A stretch of 64,000 bases of DNA from Candidatus Rifleibacteriota bacterium (GCA_051747585.1 JBNJGH010000002.1:13291-77290), one strand, 5' to 3'. Shown: positions 37,710-48,568, numbered from the stretch's first letter. Notes: generated from the letters alone by a model not told the origin. Program-made: numbers and translations.

Positions 37710-38065
37710 CACTAATTCTCAAACAATTATTATTAGCTGGTTACCAAAAGTTCTGGTATTCTTTCTTTCTGTCAAATATAGAATTTTAACCACTGAGAGC
37801 ACCAAGGACACCGAGCCGATTTTAAAATCTTTTTCAGCCTTTGTTCCCCACAACAACAAACTCTTATAAAAGCACCAGTGTTTTTATAAGAGTTTGTTGT
37901 TGTGGGGAAAGCCTGGCGGCAAAGCCGCCGGCTGATTGTCCATTCTGGACAATCCAAGGCTGAAAAAGATTCTCTGTGTAGCTCTGAGAGCTCTGTGGTT
38001 ATTTTCTTTGTTGCTTTAAGGCTTGGTTTACAAACAATCTGATAGTCTCTTACCGAGAATTGCTA
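37710..38065. mobile_element. MITE-like structured element, family 2 copy 1
   Basis: Inverted homologue of 59383-59753 over the full length; nested hairpins; end TACCGAGAATTGCTA. Confidence 0.8.
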
Positions 38066-38147
38066 TAAATTGACTCAAATAATCAAAAAGTGATAAGAAA
38101 CTTATTTGCACACTGTTTTTTAATCATTGCAAAAGGACTTAAAATAT

Positions 38148-39989
38148 ATGAAGGAGCGTTGTTCTTTCATAATAAAAGTTTTTACCTTCTGGTTGATATT
38201 GTTTTGCTTTTATCGGCTACTTTTTGTTGCCTACAACCATGCTTTTCTTGATGAAATTTCATTAGGAACTTTTGCGGGTATTTTTCTCCATGGCCTCTAC
38301 ATGGACAGTTCAGCAACGGCCTGGATTACCTTTTTTCATATAGTTTTACTTCCTGTTTCTTTATTTTCAAAAAGGGTGTTGCTACTTCTGAATAGAATGC
38401 TTACTATAAGCTTGATTTGTATAACCAGCTTTATAGCTGTTGCGGACATGCAGCTTTTCAAGTCCTGGGGTTCAAGAATGGACTCCCTTGTAATAGACTA
38501 TATTGCCAACCCAAACGAAGCATTTGCTGCATCATCGGCTTCACCCATTTTCCTACTGGTTGCCCTGGCTGTTTTAATCATAAGCCTGTCGATGACAGCC
38601 TATATTAAGCTGGTTGAAAAATCTCTGGAAAAACTTTCATCTTTTAAGCTAATTGAACTGGCAGTTTTTACTTTTCTGATCGCAGTTCTTGGAACAATGG
38701 GACGTGGCGGGTTACAACCGATACCAATAAATAGCAGTTTTGCCTATTTTTCTACTCATGACTTTGCCAATCAGTCAGCAATTAATGTATCTCATAACTT
38801 TTTTGAAACAATTTATCGTGATTATTACAAAAATAGTCAAGGCTACCACTACGTCGACAATAATTTAGCAGCAAAGATTTATAACGAAAAGTATTCTGGT
38901 CGTTTTGATTCAGATTTTCCACTACATCTAAATTCTACTCAACCGAACATTATTTTAATAATTTGGGAAAGCTTGTCTGCAGATGCTGTCGAGACACTTG
39001 GCGGATATAAAGGTGTTACACCCGGCCTTGAAAAATTAATTGAGCAAGGGCTTCTCTTTTCCAGAATATATGCATCAGGTGACAGAACCAACAATGGCTT
39101 ACCAGCTATTTTCAGCGGTTATCCAGCCCAGCCCAGAGGTGCTATCATAAAAAGTAATCGCAAAATTGCAAAACTACCATCTTTATCTAAAAGTCTTAAG
39201 AAAGCCGGTTATCATTGCTCATTTTACTACGGTGGCGACCTCACTTTCGATAATATGAAAGCTTATTTAATCAGGAACCAGATAGATAAGCTTATTGGTG
39301 GCGAAGACTTTCCTGCGAATCTTGCGAAATCGCAATGGGGAGCTCATGACCATGATGTTTTTGCCAAACTTCTACAAGATATAAAAACTTATAAATCACC
39401 TTTTTTTACGACTATTCTTACACTTAGCAGTCACGAGCCATTTGACGTTCCAAGGCAAAGCAATTTCAAAGAAAGTACTAAAGAAAGTAAATTTAAAAAT
39501 TCTTTATATTACACTGATCAAACTATTTTGCAATTTATTGAAACTTTAAAGACAATGCCTGTTTATGATGAGACCCTGATAATAATTACTTCTGACCATG
39601 GCACTTCAAACTTTGAAAGATACCACAGATTCTCGCCCGGCAAGAACCATATACCCATATTGTTTCTTGGCGGAGCATTAAATGCGAGGGGAAAAGTAAT
39701 TGATACAATTGGCTCACAGCAGGATTTGGCAGCTACGATTTTAAAGCAGCTGCAACTGGATGTTTCTGATTACCGTTTCAGCAACAATCTTCTGAGTAAC
39801 AAAAAAGAATCTTTTGCTCAATTTTTTTTCAATGATGGTTTTACCTATTTAAATGAACGGGGCTATCTTGCATTTAATAATTCTTCAAAATCAATTATTC
39901 ACCAAGACAATGAAATGACAGATAAAGATATAAATACCGCCAAATCAATCATGCAGTTAACATTCAATGACTACTTGAACATGAAATAA
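38148..39989 (+). CDS. LTA synthase family / sulfatase-like membrane protein
   Basis: Five N-terminal TMs, RGGLQ, PNIILIIWES, SGDRT, WGAHD, LSSHEPF, SDHG. Confidence 0.92.
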   Translation: MKERCSFIIKVFTFWLILFCFYRLLFVAYNHAFLDEISLGTFAGIFLHGLYMDSSATAWITFFHIVLLPVSLFSKRVLLLLNRMLTISLICITSFIAVADMQLFKSWGSRMDSLVIDYIANPNEAFAASSASPIFLLVALAVLIISLSMTAYIKLVEKSLEKLSSFKLIELAVFTFLIAVLGTMGRGGLQPIPINSSFAYFSTHDFANQSAINVSHNFFETIYRDYYKNSQGYHYVDNNLAAKIYNEKYSGRFDSDFPLHLNSTQPNIILIIWESLSADAVETLGGYKGVTPGLEKLIEQGLLFSRIYASGDRTNNGLPAIFSGYPAQPRGAIIKSNRKIAKLPSLSKSLKKAGYHCSFYYGGDLTFDNMKAYLIRNQIDKLIGGEDFPANLAKSQWGAHDHDVFAKLLQDIKTYKSPFFTTILTLSSHEPFDVPRQSNFKESTKESKFKNSLYYTDQTILQFIETLKTMPVYDETLIIITSDHGTSNFERYHRFSPGKNHIPILFLGGALNARGKVIDTIGSQQDLAATILKQLQLDVSDYRFSNNLLSNKKESFAQFFFNDGFTYLNERGYLAFNNSSKSIIHQDNEMTDKDINTAKSIMQLTFNDYLNMK

Positions 39990-40087
39990 TCGCTGGAATC
40001 CAAATTGCTATTTCGTTATTGACAAATATGGTTAAAATTAATTATTATTCTATTAAATAAACAATTGAGGGTGAGAGTGATAAGCGC

Positions 40088-40708
40088 ATGAAAGAAATCA
40101 TATTACTTTGCATTTTTTTAACGGCACTTGGCTATATTTCAATTAAAATAATAAGACGTATTTTTTCTGAAGCTGCGCCAGAGAAACAGATTAAAGAGAC
40201 GCAAACAGATAACTATGATCCCTATGAGAACTTTATTCCCAGCCCTCGGCCGGTTTACACGCCAAAAAGAAAAAGTTCTCTGCCGGGCCTGGTTTTCATT
40301 GCATTAATGGGCTTTTTAATTTATCAAAACTATCCTCTTATAATAGATAAATTAAATATTCAGAGTCATGTAACAAAACAACAAGAGTTAAACGCTAAAG
40401 CCAGAAGAATTAATCAACTTGGTCAACTCGCCGCCCTGCCCTCTTTAAAAATAACAGACCAGAAAAAAGTCGACGGAGTTTTCTGGTTTAAAATTAGTGG
40501 TAGCACCGAAAACGGGCAAATAATAGATGGCTGGGTAACTGAATTTTCTTTAAAAAAAGAGCCTGCAAAGCAGTCTAAAACCATTGATTCTATTTCTAAG
40601 AAGCTTGGTTTACCAACCACCGAAGAACGGGTAAATTACATTAAAAAGCTCAAAAAGATAAATTCTGCCCTCGATACCGCTCTTGGAAAAGACAAACGTA
40701 ATAATTAA
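40088..40708 (+). CDS. Hypothetical membrane protein
   Basis: Two TM helices; WFKI...DGWV SH3-like strands. Confidence 0.65.
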   Translation: MKEIILLCIFLTALGYISIKIIRRIFSEAAPEKQIKETQTDNYDPYENFIPSPRPVYTPKRKSSLPGLVFIALMGFLIYQNYPLIIDKLNIQSHVTKQQELNAKARRINQLGQLAALPSLKITDQKKVDGVFWFKISGSTENGQIIDGWVTEFSLKKEPAKQSKTIDSISKKLGLPTTEERVNYIKKLKKINSALDTALGKDKRNN

Positions 40709-40769
40709 TTCTTAAACAAAATTACTTATTCTGCCGATATTCCCTACAAATAATATTTGGGGGAATTTA

Positions 40770-42527
40770 ATGTTTTCAAAGAAAAGCAATAATCTGATTT
40801 TTTTATTGTTTCTTGCCATATTTTCAATGGTGCTTGCGTTACCGGGTTGTAAAGAGGGCACCGACAAAAGCCCGGTCTCGAGCTTGCTGACCAGCTCTGA
40901 TGAAAACGGAAAAAATGCTTTTCTTCCCGAGAACTCCGATACAACTACAGGACAGCAAATTACCGGTACTGTAGTTTCAAAAACTTCCCAGGAGAACCTG
41001 ACAAATATTGAAGTTAATTTATATTACAATCAGACTCTTGTAACTACTACAAGAAGCACATCCGAAGGAAAATTTTTCTTTTATGATCTGCCCAGCGGCC
41101 TTTATGACCTGACTCTAGCTCCAGACAATTCCACATACGCAACTCATACGGCTGTAATTCAGATTTTAAATGATGGAACGCTTTCGCCTTCCAATCCTGT
41201 TTTCGAGTTAAGCAACCTGGTTTCATCAGGTTCAGGAGAAGTAGAAGTAAATATAAACGGTTATATTAAAGACCAATCTGATTCGAGTGCGATAAACAAC
41301 ATATCAGTTGAACTTTACAAAAAAGATGCTTTGGGCAATTTTACTCGTCAACAAACCGCCTACACCAGCGCTGAAGGCAAATTCTTTTTTCAGGAATTGA
41401 CACAAGGATCTTACCGACTCGAGGCTGGCAAGGAATCCCCCGTTTTTTCACCCAGCACTGCTAACATGACTATTCTTTCAGATGGAACCGTTTCTCCCCC
41501 AAATCCGGTAATTTTTCTATCAGAAAGACCAGCAGAAGAAAATTTTACTTTAACCGGCTTTGTTAAAACTCAAACCAAAGAAGTCCTGGCCAATATCAGG
41601 GTAGATATCAAAAAAGGTACCTCAGATGCAGATGTTTCTGAAAGCACATATACAACTGGCGAAGGTAAATTCTTTTTTCAGAATTTGACTTCAGGAATGT
41701 ATTATTTACAAGCAAATATAGGCAAAACCACACTTGCTTCAGACATCTATCCGGTAAGAATCTTGTCTGATGGAACAATGTCGCCGGGCGTTGCAGAAAT
41801 TTTTGTCCCCCAGAATAATGATAATGAAACTGTCAATATAACAGGAAACATTTATGATGCTTTCACAGGCGGCCCCCTCGAATATACAAAAGTTTTACTT
41901 GAAGGGTATTCTAACAACTTAACAGATACTAATGGAGAATTCACTTTTACCGAACTTTTACCTGGTATCTACAAACTCATAATAAGCAAAGCCGGCTTTC
42001 AAACTCTTGAAGCAAGTTTTCAAATTAATGAAAATGGAACCCCAGTTACCAATCCTTCTGAATTATCTTATCCCTTAATTCATGTCGAAAGAACAGGCTA
42101 CGGCTCAATAGCTGGTAGATTTGTCGACATAGACACAGAAGAAGGAATTGCGGGCAAACTGGTTACACTTGCTAACTACAAGCTTGTGACCAAAAAGTCA
42201 GATAATGGTACCGAAGAAACAGACTGGGAAATCACAGGAAGAGCATTAACAACGAGAACGCTGGAAGATGATCCCGAAACACCCCAAAACGAGAAGGGCT
42301 CATTTAAATTAACCCACCTGGCTCCTACTGATGAAACCGTAAAGTATGCAATTTATATAGGTAATGGCGAACCAACGTATATAAACGAAGCAAGAGAAAA
42401 CAGCATTTTTACCTGGAAAGTTTTTAATTCAGCCGGAACCACTTCCTCTTTTGCTGTTTACGGTTTTTCCGTAGCATCCGAACAAACAACTTTCTGGACA
42501 AATTATGAGCAGACCAAGATGGACTAG
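40770..42527 (+). CDS. Lipoprotein with tandem carboxypeptidase-regulatory-like (Cna-B/transthyretin-type) domains
   Basis: Lipobox LPG-C; repeats of EGKFFF..L..G.Y.L and IL(N/S)DGT(L/V/M)SP. Confidence 0.8.
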   Translation: MFSKKSNNLIFLLFLAIFSMVLALPGCKEGTDKSPVSSLLTSSDENGKNAFLPENSDTTTGQQITGTVVSKTSQENLTNIEVNLYYNQTLVTTTRSTSEGKFFFYDLPSGLYDLTLAPDNSTYATHTAVIQILNDGTLSPSNPVFELSNLVSSGSGEVEVNINGYIKDQSDSSAINNISVELYKKDALGNFTRQQTAYTSAEGKFFFQELTQGSYRLEAGKESPVFSPSTANMTILSDGTVSPPNPVIFLSERPAEENFTLTGFVKTQTKEVLANIRVDIKKGTSDADVSESTYTTGEGKFFFQNLTSGMYYLQANIGKTTLASDIYPVRILSDGTMSPGVAEIFVPQNNDNETVNITGNIYDAFTGGPLEYTKVLLEGYSNNLTDTNGEFTFTELLPGIYKLIISKAGFQTLEASFQINENGTPVTNPSELSYPLIHVERTGYGSIAGRFVDIDTEEGIAGKLVTLANYKLVTKKSDNGTEETDWEITGRALTTRTLEDDPETPQNEKGSFKLTHLAPTDETVKYAIYIGNGEPTYINEARENSIFTWKVFNSAGTTSSFAVYGFSVASEQTTFWTNYEQTKMD

Positions 42528-42610
42528 ACTTTAAGATAATAATGTTAACCCTGTGTGAAGGGTTAAAAATAATCTGTTCTTGAATAAAAACCAGCTATTA
42601 AGGGATTGAA

Positions 42611-43498
42611 ATGAAAACACACAATAAAAAGATAATTACGAGCTTTATACTGATATTATTGTCAGCTATGTCTGTGTCGGGGCAGGTTTTGGAGGTTGTG
42701 CCGGACGATATAGAAGCTGCGCCCGTGGTTGAGCGCAATCCGCACACCGGCACATGCTATACCGGTTCTTCGGGGCTGGTGACTATTCCGACGCCTGATT
42801 TCCAGGAAACAAAAGTTGCCTTTACTTATAAGGCTGGAACTTATGAACAGGATTTAAATATCAGTGGCGTAAAAACAGAAGTTGAAAAAGACGAAGTCCT
42901 GGCCGGTCTAAGGTTTAATTTATCACCCCATGTTGAGCTTTCGGTTGCTCAACTTGCCTACGAGCGAAAATCCAACCCATCAACCACAGGTCTGAACTAT
43001 GAAGAAGATGCCGTTGCTTTTGGAATGAAATATTCGGCTCATCATGGTTCTAAAGATATTTGCCTTGGTTTTACTTTTGCACCGATGTCTGCACAAGAGC
43101 TTAACCTTGCTGATATCGAACAGATAGAAAACCTGAGAAATGCTTATATGACAATTTCTGAAAGCATAGACACTAATACCAGCGGCTATCTTCATCTGGC
43201 TTCGGTTTTCACCAAAAAACAGGAAATTGATTTTGGCAATGGCGTAACTCAGAAAGTCAACCGCAAAGACATATTGATCGGCGCACTTGGTCTTGAATAC
43301 AGCTTTGCTGATTATGTTTCTATCTTTGGAGAATACAAGGTCGGAAACTATCGTGATATCTTCACAAAAGACTCAGTGAGACACAGATTTCATGCGGGCT
43401 TGAGGCTTGGTAACAAAAATATTCAGGCCGAATTGACCGGAATGAATTTATCTGAAGATAATCCCACTTTGGTTCTGGGTGGAACTCTTGCTTTTTAA
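42611..43498 (+). CDS. Outer-membrane beta-barrel-like protein (YjbH-like N-terminus)
   Basis: Signal peptide, TGSSGLVTIPTPD, amphipathic strands, terminal Phe. Confidence 0.6.
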   Translation: MKTHNKKIITSFILILLSAMSVSGQVLEVVPDDIEAAPVVERNPHTGTCYTGSSGLVTIPTPDFQETKVAFTYKAGTYEQDLNISGVKTEVEKDEVLAGLRFNLSPHVELSVAQLAYERKSNPSTTGLNYEEDAVAFGMKYSAHHGSKDICLGFTFAPMSAQELNLADIEQIENLRNAYMTISESIDTNTSGYLHLASVFTKKQEIDFGNGVTQKVNRKDILIGALGLEYSFADYVSIFGEYKVGNYRDIFTKDSVRHRFHAGLRLGNKNIQAELTGMNLSEDNPTLVLGGTLAF

Positions 43499-43566
43499 CT
43501 TTTACAGCCCCCTTAAAAAATGCTAGAAATAGATTAAGGTTATATTTAGTTGGCCGGGGGATAATT

Positions 43567-45678
43567 TTGGCAATATCGAACTCTGAACTTGGGGCACAAC
43601 AACTGTTATCGGTTTTAACCGGAGAAAACGGCAGCCTGGCCTTAAGTTATCTACAGGAAATTGATTCTCGTAAGCCAACCAGAGACGAAGCCGCGATTCT
43701 TAAAAAGGCTTATTCAACAGTAAAAAAACCGGTTTTATCGTTTCAATTAAAAAAATCCCTACGCCTGGCTGCTTTCAGATTAAAAGGGGCAAAATTTAAA
43801 GTATCCCTTGAAGGCATGGAAAAGCTGCTTAACGATACCAGCAGGCTCGACGATCTGGCACTCGCTATCGCCACGGTAGAAACCGCCGAAGCTTTTCTTG
43901 CAGCTGATATTATTAGAAGCTCTGAATGGCAGAATTTTCCCGCCGAGATTTTACCCAGTTTTTGTCAGTTTTTCAAAAAGCACGGCAACATTCGGGATTC
44001 CAATTCAATACAGGAGCTAACCAGGCATCCCGACCCCATTATTATAACTTCAGCACTTGCAGCACTGGAAAAAATCGATCCCGAAAATCTGCAAAGTATT
44101 ATTATTCCACTACTTAACTCCCCTCAGACTCAGGTCAAAGCTCAGGCAATTCAAGCTTTTTATCGCTGGAACAAGCACCAGGCACTGCAACATTTATTAA
44201 AAATGCTTTTTTCTAAAAAGGAGCAAGACGTAATTCTTGCCTTGCACCATGCAAACTATTTTCCATATCCCGAGCTGGAAAGCCATTTAATAAGGCTGTT
44301 AACTGAAGTTTCCAGCCCCCCTATATTGATGAGAATCAGTCAGATTTTAAAAAATAACGCAAATATCAATTTGCCTTTTAGAATTTACTGGGTAAACCGA
44401 TCCTTAAGTGGGCAGCATAAAAGCCTGGTAAAAGGCATTTTGCTCGGAGTAGTTCGTTCGCTTGCAGATAAAAAAATAATTGAAGTTTCTGCCCAGGAAT
44501 ACCTCAACGACCTCAAAGAAAAAGTTCGCAAGGAAGAATTAAAACTAATAAAAGAATCTTGCAAAATTGAAGACGAAAGTGATTTTGACGAATCGGATTC
44601 CCTGCTTCCTGCACTGGATGAACCTGAAAAAGCGCAACCTGAAAAACACGCTGCCGCTTCTGAAAAACCAGTAATTAAAGTTCCCAAAAAAGATCCACAG
44701 CCTGGTTTTTCTGACTATGAAAATCTTAAACCACAGGAAAAAGTAAAATTTATTACCCGCTTACCGGAAAAAAGTTTCAAAGAAAATAAAAACCAACTGG
44801 TTGAATTGCTCAAAACAAGTAAAAATAAAGAGCTGGCGGCCGTAATAAAAACCTTCGGCAAATATGGCTCAGAAGAAGATGCGGAACTTCTGGAAAAACA
44901 TTTAAAAAGCGAAAACCCTGATGTTCTTTGTGCCGCAATAAAAACAATGGGCAAACTTGATACCGAGCAACTATGTCTTTATTTGCCACAATATATGCAG
45001 GATAAAAACGGCAAAATAAGAATGACGGCAACCCGAACTTTTGTAACCATTGATCGGGAAAGTATAAGAAGCCTGCTTACCAGCTTGCTGACATCGCCAA
45101 ATGTAAAGCAAAGAACTCTTGGAATATCGACCTCTATGCTGGTAGATTTCAATATTGTCAGGCAACCATTGCTTGATTGTCTGGTCAAAGAAAATTCAAT
45201 AGAACTTCTGGAAAAAATCGGAATGGTTTTAGCCGCCAACCCCGACCGAGAGCTACTGTATTTTACTTACAAAGTCTCTAAAAACCCCAGACCCTCAATG
45301 AAGCAAGAGTTTGAGGAAATTGTAAATATGATTGCCCAAAAGCTTTCGGTTGTATTAAACAAAATCAATACCGCTGAAGAATTGATTGCCGAAGCCGAAA
45401 AAATTTATGAAGAAGAACGTGAAAAGGAAAAGAAAGAAAAAGAAGCCAGGCAAAAGAGCAACAACAAAGAAAAAGAAGCTGTCGACGGCGCTGAAATAGG
45501 TATTACCGAAGAACAGCTTCAAACTGAAGATAATTCAGTTCAGGCAATTTTCACCTCTTCAGACCAGGATGCAAAAGCCAAGAGAGCTAAAGCAACAGTA
45601 ATTGTATGGGTGCTGGTTGCAGTAGCCTGGGGAGGCGCCATTGCTCTTTATCTAGTTAAATTTCTTACCGGAGAATAA
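43567..45678 (+). CDS. HEAT repeat protein with C-terminal TM anchor
   Basis: HPDPIIITSALAAL, LLNSPQTQVKAQAI, QDKNGKIRMTA; hydrophobic C-terminus. Confidence 0.8.
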   Translation: MAISNSELGAQQLLSVLTGENGSLALSYLQEIDSRKPTRDEAAILKKAYSTVKKPVLSFQLKKSLRLAAFRLKGAKFKVSLEGMEKLLNDTSRLDDLALAIATVETAEAFLAADIIRSSEWQNFPAEILPSFCQFFKKHGNIRDSNSIQELTRHPDPIIITSALAALEKIDPENLQSIIIPLLNSPQTQVKAQAIQAFYRWNKHQALQHLLKMLFSKKEQDVILALHHANYFPYPELESHLIRLLTEVSSPPILMRISQILKNNANINLPFRIYWVNRSLSGQHKSLVKGILLGVVRSLADKKIIEVSAQEYLNDLKEKVRKEELKLIKESCKIEDESDFDESDSLLPALDEPEKAQPEKHAAASEKPVIKVPKKDPQPGFSDYENLKPQEKVKFITRLPEKSFKENKNQLVELLKTSKNKELAAVIKTFGKYGSEEDAELLEKHLKSENPDVLCAAIKTMGKLDTEQLCLYLPQYMQDKNGKIRMTATRTFVTIDRESIRSLLTSLLTSPNVKQRTLGISTSMLVDFNIVRQPLLDCLVKENSIELLEKIGMVLAANPDRELLYFTYKVSKNPRPSMKQEFEEIVNMIAQKLSVVLNKINTAEELIAEAEKIYEEEREKEKKEKEARQKSNNKEKEAVDGAEIGITEEQLQTEDNSVQAIFTSSDQDAKAKRAKATVIVWVLVAVAWGGAIALYLVKFLTGE

Positions 45679-45702
45679 AAAGTTATTAATTTAAAACAAT
45701 TT

Positions 45703-46287
45703 TTACCAACCCGATCTAACATAACTGGATGGATACTTAAGGTTATTATATCCGGCGGATGCACTAGCATAAGAACGATAAAATCTCAAATAAGAGCCAT
45801 ACACATAACCCCTGCGTAATGGAGCCAATAAAGCCTGAACCATATACCAGTTGCCCTGTTGTCCAAGAATATATACCTGCTCACCGGTTTTTAAAGTAGC
45901 TATAACATTGGAATTCTTCTTATTTTTTTTGCCGACAACATAGGGTTGAGAACGAACATTTAAATTACAAGACGAAACCGCAACCAGATTATTATGCTGA
46001 TAATACCAGTATAAACCATTCCAGACCGGCACAACCGGATGGGCCCAAGTAGCCGGAGTCGGCAATGTAGCAAGATTATAATAATTTGCATAGTATCCAT
46101 CTACGGCATAAGCAGGCGCTGCATAAGGATAGTAAGAAGAAATACAAGGCCTTACAACTGTTGAAGAATTTACAAGCCCATATCCGTAATTTGTTGGAAC
46201 AACAATATTTTTAGCGGCTAAATAAGCGGGTACATTTGTAAAAGCTGCAAGAATAAGGCATATAAATAAAATCCTTTTAATTGACAT
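45703..46287 (-). CDS. Secreted SH3b domain protein
   Basis: LNVRSQP...VIATLKTGEQVYILGQQGNWY..GYVYGSYL. Confidence 0.85.
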   Translation of the reverse strand: MSIKRILFICLILAAFTNVPAYLAAKNIVVPTNYGYGLVNSSTVVRPCISSYYPYAAPAYAVDGYYANYYNLATLPTPATWAHPVVPVWNGLYWYYQHNNLVAVSSCNLNVRSQPYVVGKKNKKNSNVIATLKTGEQVYILGQQGNWYMVQALLAPLRRGYVYGSYLRFYRSYASASAGYNNLKYPSSYVRSGW

Positions 46288-46368
46288 CGTTTCTCCTCCT
46301 TGAAATACATCTAAATTAATAATACCTGTACATTTTTATTTTTCCTAATTTTTTAAATGCAAAAAAAG

Positions 46369-46388
46369 TTCCCGGCCTGAGCCGGGAA
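46369..46388 (-). terminator. Intrinsic terminator
   Basis: TTCCCGGC-ctga-GCCGGGAA, U7 on the minus strand. Confidence 0.75.
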
Positions 46389-46444
46389 TAAAGATCGGGC
46401 TATTTAGCCGCGCATCCAAGGAAAGAGTAGACAATTAAATTGAA

Positions 46445-46999
46445 TCAAAAATGATCAGTTACAAATCCTTTAATAGAGCTGGAAAATTTAAAATGATAAT
46501 TTTCGTTATTTTTATTTCCATCGCCATCCCATCTACCATGGCAGAAAAACTTCAATTCAATATCAACATCGCCAAATTGCTTATAATAAGGGGCGTTTTT
46601 AAACAATAACCCATCGACAATACTGTCATTCGGAATTTTTGCGAGTCGGTTAACGCCGTCTTTTTTAACCGTAGGATGAAAAGAAATAATTCTGAGTTTC
46701 TGAGCCCTGTTTTTAAGTTCTTTTTTCATGGTTACAAAATCGCGATTTTCGCCATTAACACAAATATATAGATTAGTGAGGCCCTCCTGGGTAAGATAGC
46801 CGTTATAAAAAACGGTTATAGCCATTTCGCCCGGTCGGTTCAGCCAGTCTAATCTTACGGTCACTTCACCATCATCGTCTTTAATGGTTTGTGACTGGGT
46901 CTCGATTATTTCCATATCTTTCATGGCCCCATACCCGGGAATTAGACTACAAATAAGAGCAATAATAGATGTTGCAAATATTTTTTTTAACTGGTTCAT
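46445..46999 (-). CDS. Secreted hypothetical beta-rich protein
   Basis: Signal peptide; C-terminal GRWDGDG...ENYHFKF. Confidence 0.7.
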   Translation of the reverse strand: MNQLKKIFATSIIALICSLIPGYGAMKDMEIIETQSQTIKDDDGEVTVRLDWLNRPGEMAITVFYNGYLTQEGLTNLYICVNGENRDFVTMKKELKNRAQKLRIISFHPTVKKDGVNRLAKIPNDSIVDGLLFKNAPYYKQFGDVDIELKFFCHGRWDGDGNKNNENYHFKFSSSIKGFVTDHF

Positions 47000-47038
47000 G
47001 GCTTACCCCCCAAAACCTTTTAATTCGACCTTAGGAAT

Positions 47039-47055
47039 AGCAATTCTCATGCCAA
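47039..47055 (-). promoter_or_regulatory. Sigma54 (-24/-12) promoter
   Basis: Minus strand TTGGCATGAGAATTGCT, about 40 nt upstream of the ATG at 46999. Confidence 0.8.
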
Positions 47056-47174
47056 CTATTAAAAGGCTTTTATAAAAGGGGTTTTACAAGAAATTAATAA
47101 AAAGATTGAAAATTGCCTGGTCTATCAGCTCAATAAGTAAACGTTATGCTTTGTTTTTGCACAATTCAGATTTT

Positions 47175-47600
47175 TTACCATTTATTGTAGGGAACATCAT
47201 TGCTGCCAACTTTTTCAGAGCTTGATACAATATCAAAAACATTAACTCCATTGGTAATTTGTTTGCCAATTTCGTCGGTAGAAGATCTTACACTCCAATT
47301 AGTTTTTCCTGTAATCGGGTCAACAGGGATTTTTCTTAGAAATCTATTCTCAACCAGTTCATTCAAACTTTTGGGATAGTATTCGTAATCTTCCAGACCA
47401 CTATTTTCACCTGAATTTTTCTGATAAAAACGGTCAATGGCTTTTCGAACTGTTGCAAGTCTTTCTCTAAGAAGCCTTTCTTTTTCGTTTCTGACAAAAT
47501 TTTTGCTTAAAGGTAATGCCGTAGCAGACAAAACCCCAATAATAAGAGTACATACAACGAGTTCAATCAGGGTTAGACCGGTTTTTTCAGTAATCGCCAT
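47175..47600 (-). CDS. Type II secretion GspG-like pseudopilin
   Basis: KTGLTLIELVV, YPKSLNELV, LRKIPVDPITG. Confidence 0.88.
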   Translation of the reverse strand: MAITEKTGLTLIELVVCTLIIGVLSATALPLSKNFVRNEKERLLRERLATVRKAIDRFYQKNSGENSGLEDYEYYPKSLNELVENRFLRKIPVDPITGKTNWSVRSSTDEIGKQITNGVNVFDIVSSSEKVGSNDVPYNKW

Positions 47601-48000
47601 ATTTGAACCCTGCCTGATCGCGGTTTTGTGAAAAATCATTTCCCTTGCTGTTATATAAAAGAATCAGTCCCTTTTGATTGTCGAGATGGTATTTTCCACG
47701 GCCATTACTTCCGACCCATTCTTCGGGAACTCGCTTTAATTCGTCGCCTGCCAGATCATCGAGTGTTTCGGGAAAATTTCCGTTATTATCAAGAGAGTAT
47801 CTGTAAACAGCGTTTCTCAGGACATCCAACTCTACTTTCAGCGCAGCGTCTTTTGAGCTTTTTAAAACTCTGGAATTATTGTAGCCGGCAACACTTACGA
47901 GAATCCCTATTATTGAAACTACAACCAGCATCTCGATCAGGGTAAAACCACTTTTACCTGAGAAAATCTGTCTTTTCTTATTATTTTCAATAGGTTTCAT
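47587..48000 (-). CDS. Type II secretion pseudopilin / prepilin
   Basis: SGFTLIEMLVVVSIIGILV, FPETLDDL. Confidence 0.88.
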   Translation of the reverse strand: MKPIENNKKRQIFSGKSGFTLIEMLVVVSIIGILVSVAGYNNSRVLKSSKDAALKVELDVLRNAVYRYSLDNNGNFPETLDDLAGDELKRVPEEWVGSNGRGKYHLDNQKGLILLYNSKGNDFSQNRDQAGFKYGDY

Positions 48001-48568
48001 AATTAAAAAGATTTCTTTTTACTCCAGATGGCATTGTTCTCTCGCCTTTTACAAAAGTAACCGGAACAATTTTAAATTTCTTGTCGAACTTAACCTTAAG
48101 TTTTCTCTGCAAAAGATTTAAAACTTTTTCAATTTCTTCAAGATTATCATTTTGTTCAATTACCGGGTGAGTTGCAAAGCGATAAAGTTCTTTGCTGATC
48201 GCAATAATCTGCTTAGTGGCCTTATCCTCATCTTTTTTCAAGGTAAGCAATATTCTATCGAGCTCATTTTTATGCCCTTTAAACATTGCAGTAAATTGCG
48301 GGAAATCATTAATCACCGGATTAATTTTTTCTTTAAGCTCTTTGATTATCGCAGGTTTAACCACTATTTTCTTTCTTTCCCCTAATTGGGGAACTTCATG
48401 ATCAGTTTCAAGAAAATATCTGTTTAAAGCTGTACTGTTTTCGTAAACCAGGGTACATATCAGAATAATGATCAAACCAATCAATACAGTTCTTTCTTTT
48501 GCCCTTAATCGAAGGGTATCAATAACATCTTCACGACGTTTAATTGTAAATTCACTTTTATTTTCCAT
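47987..48568 (-). CDS. Hypothetical single-TM protein in the pilus operon
   Basis: One TM helix, coiled region, C-terminal RNLFNY; translationally coupled to its neighbours. Confidence 0.65.
   Translation of the reverse strand: MENKSEFTIKRREDVIDTLRLRAKERTVLIGLIIILICTLVYENSTALNRYFLETDHEVPQLGERKKIVVKPAIIKELKEKINPVINDFPQFTAMFKGHKNELDRILLTLKKDEDKATKQIIAISKELYRFATHPVIEQNDNLEEIEKVLNLLQRKLKVKFDKKFKIVPVTFVKGERTMPSGVKRNLFNYETY

Noticed and set aside
37772..37957. Similar small ORFs (MDCP...) in both family 2 copies (also 59415-59600)
   Set aside because: Frames and lengths diverge; the similarity just reflects the repeat.
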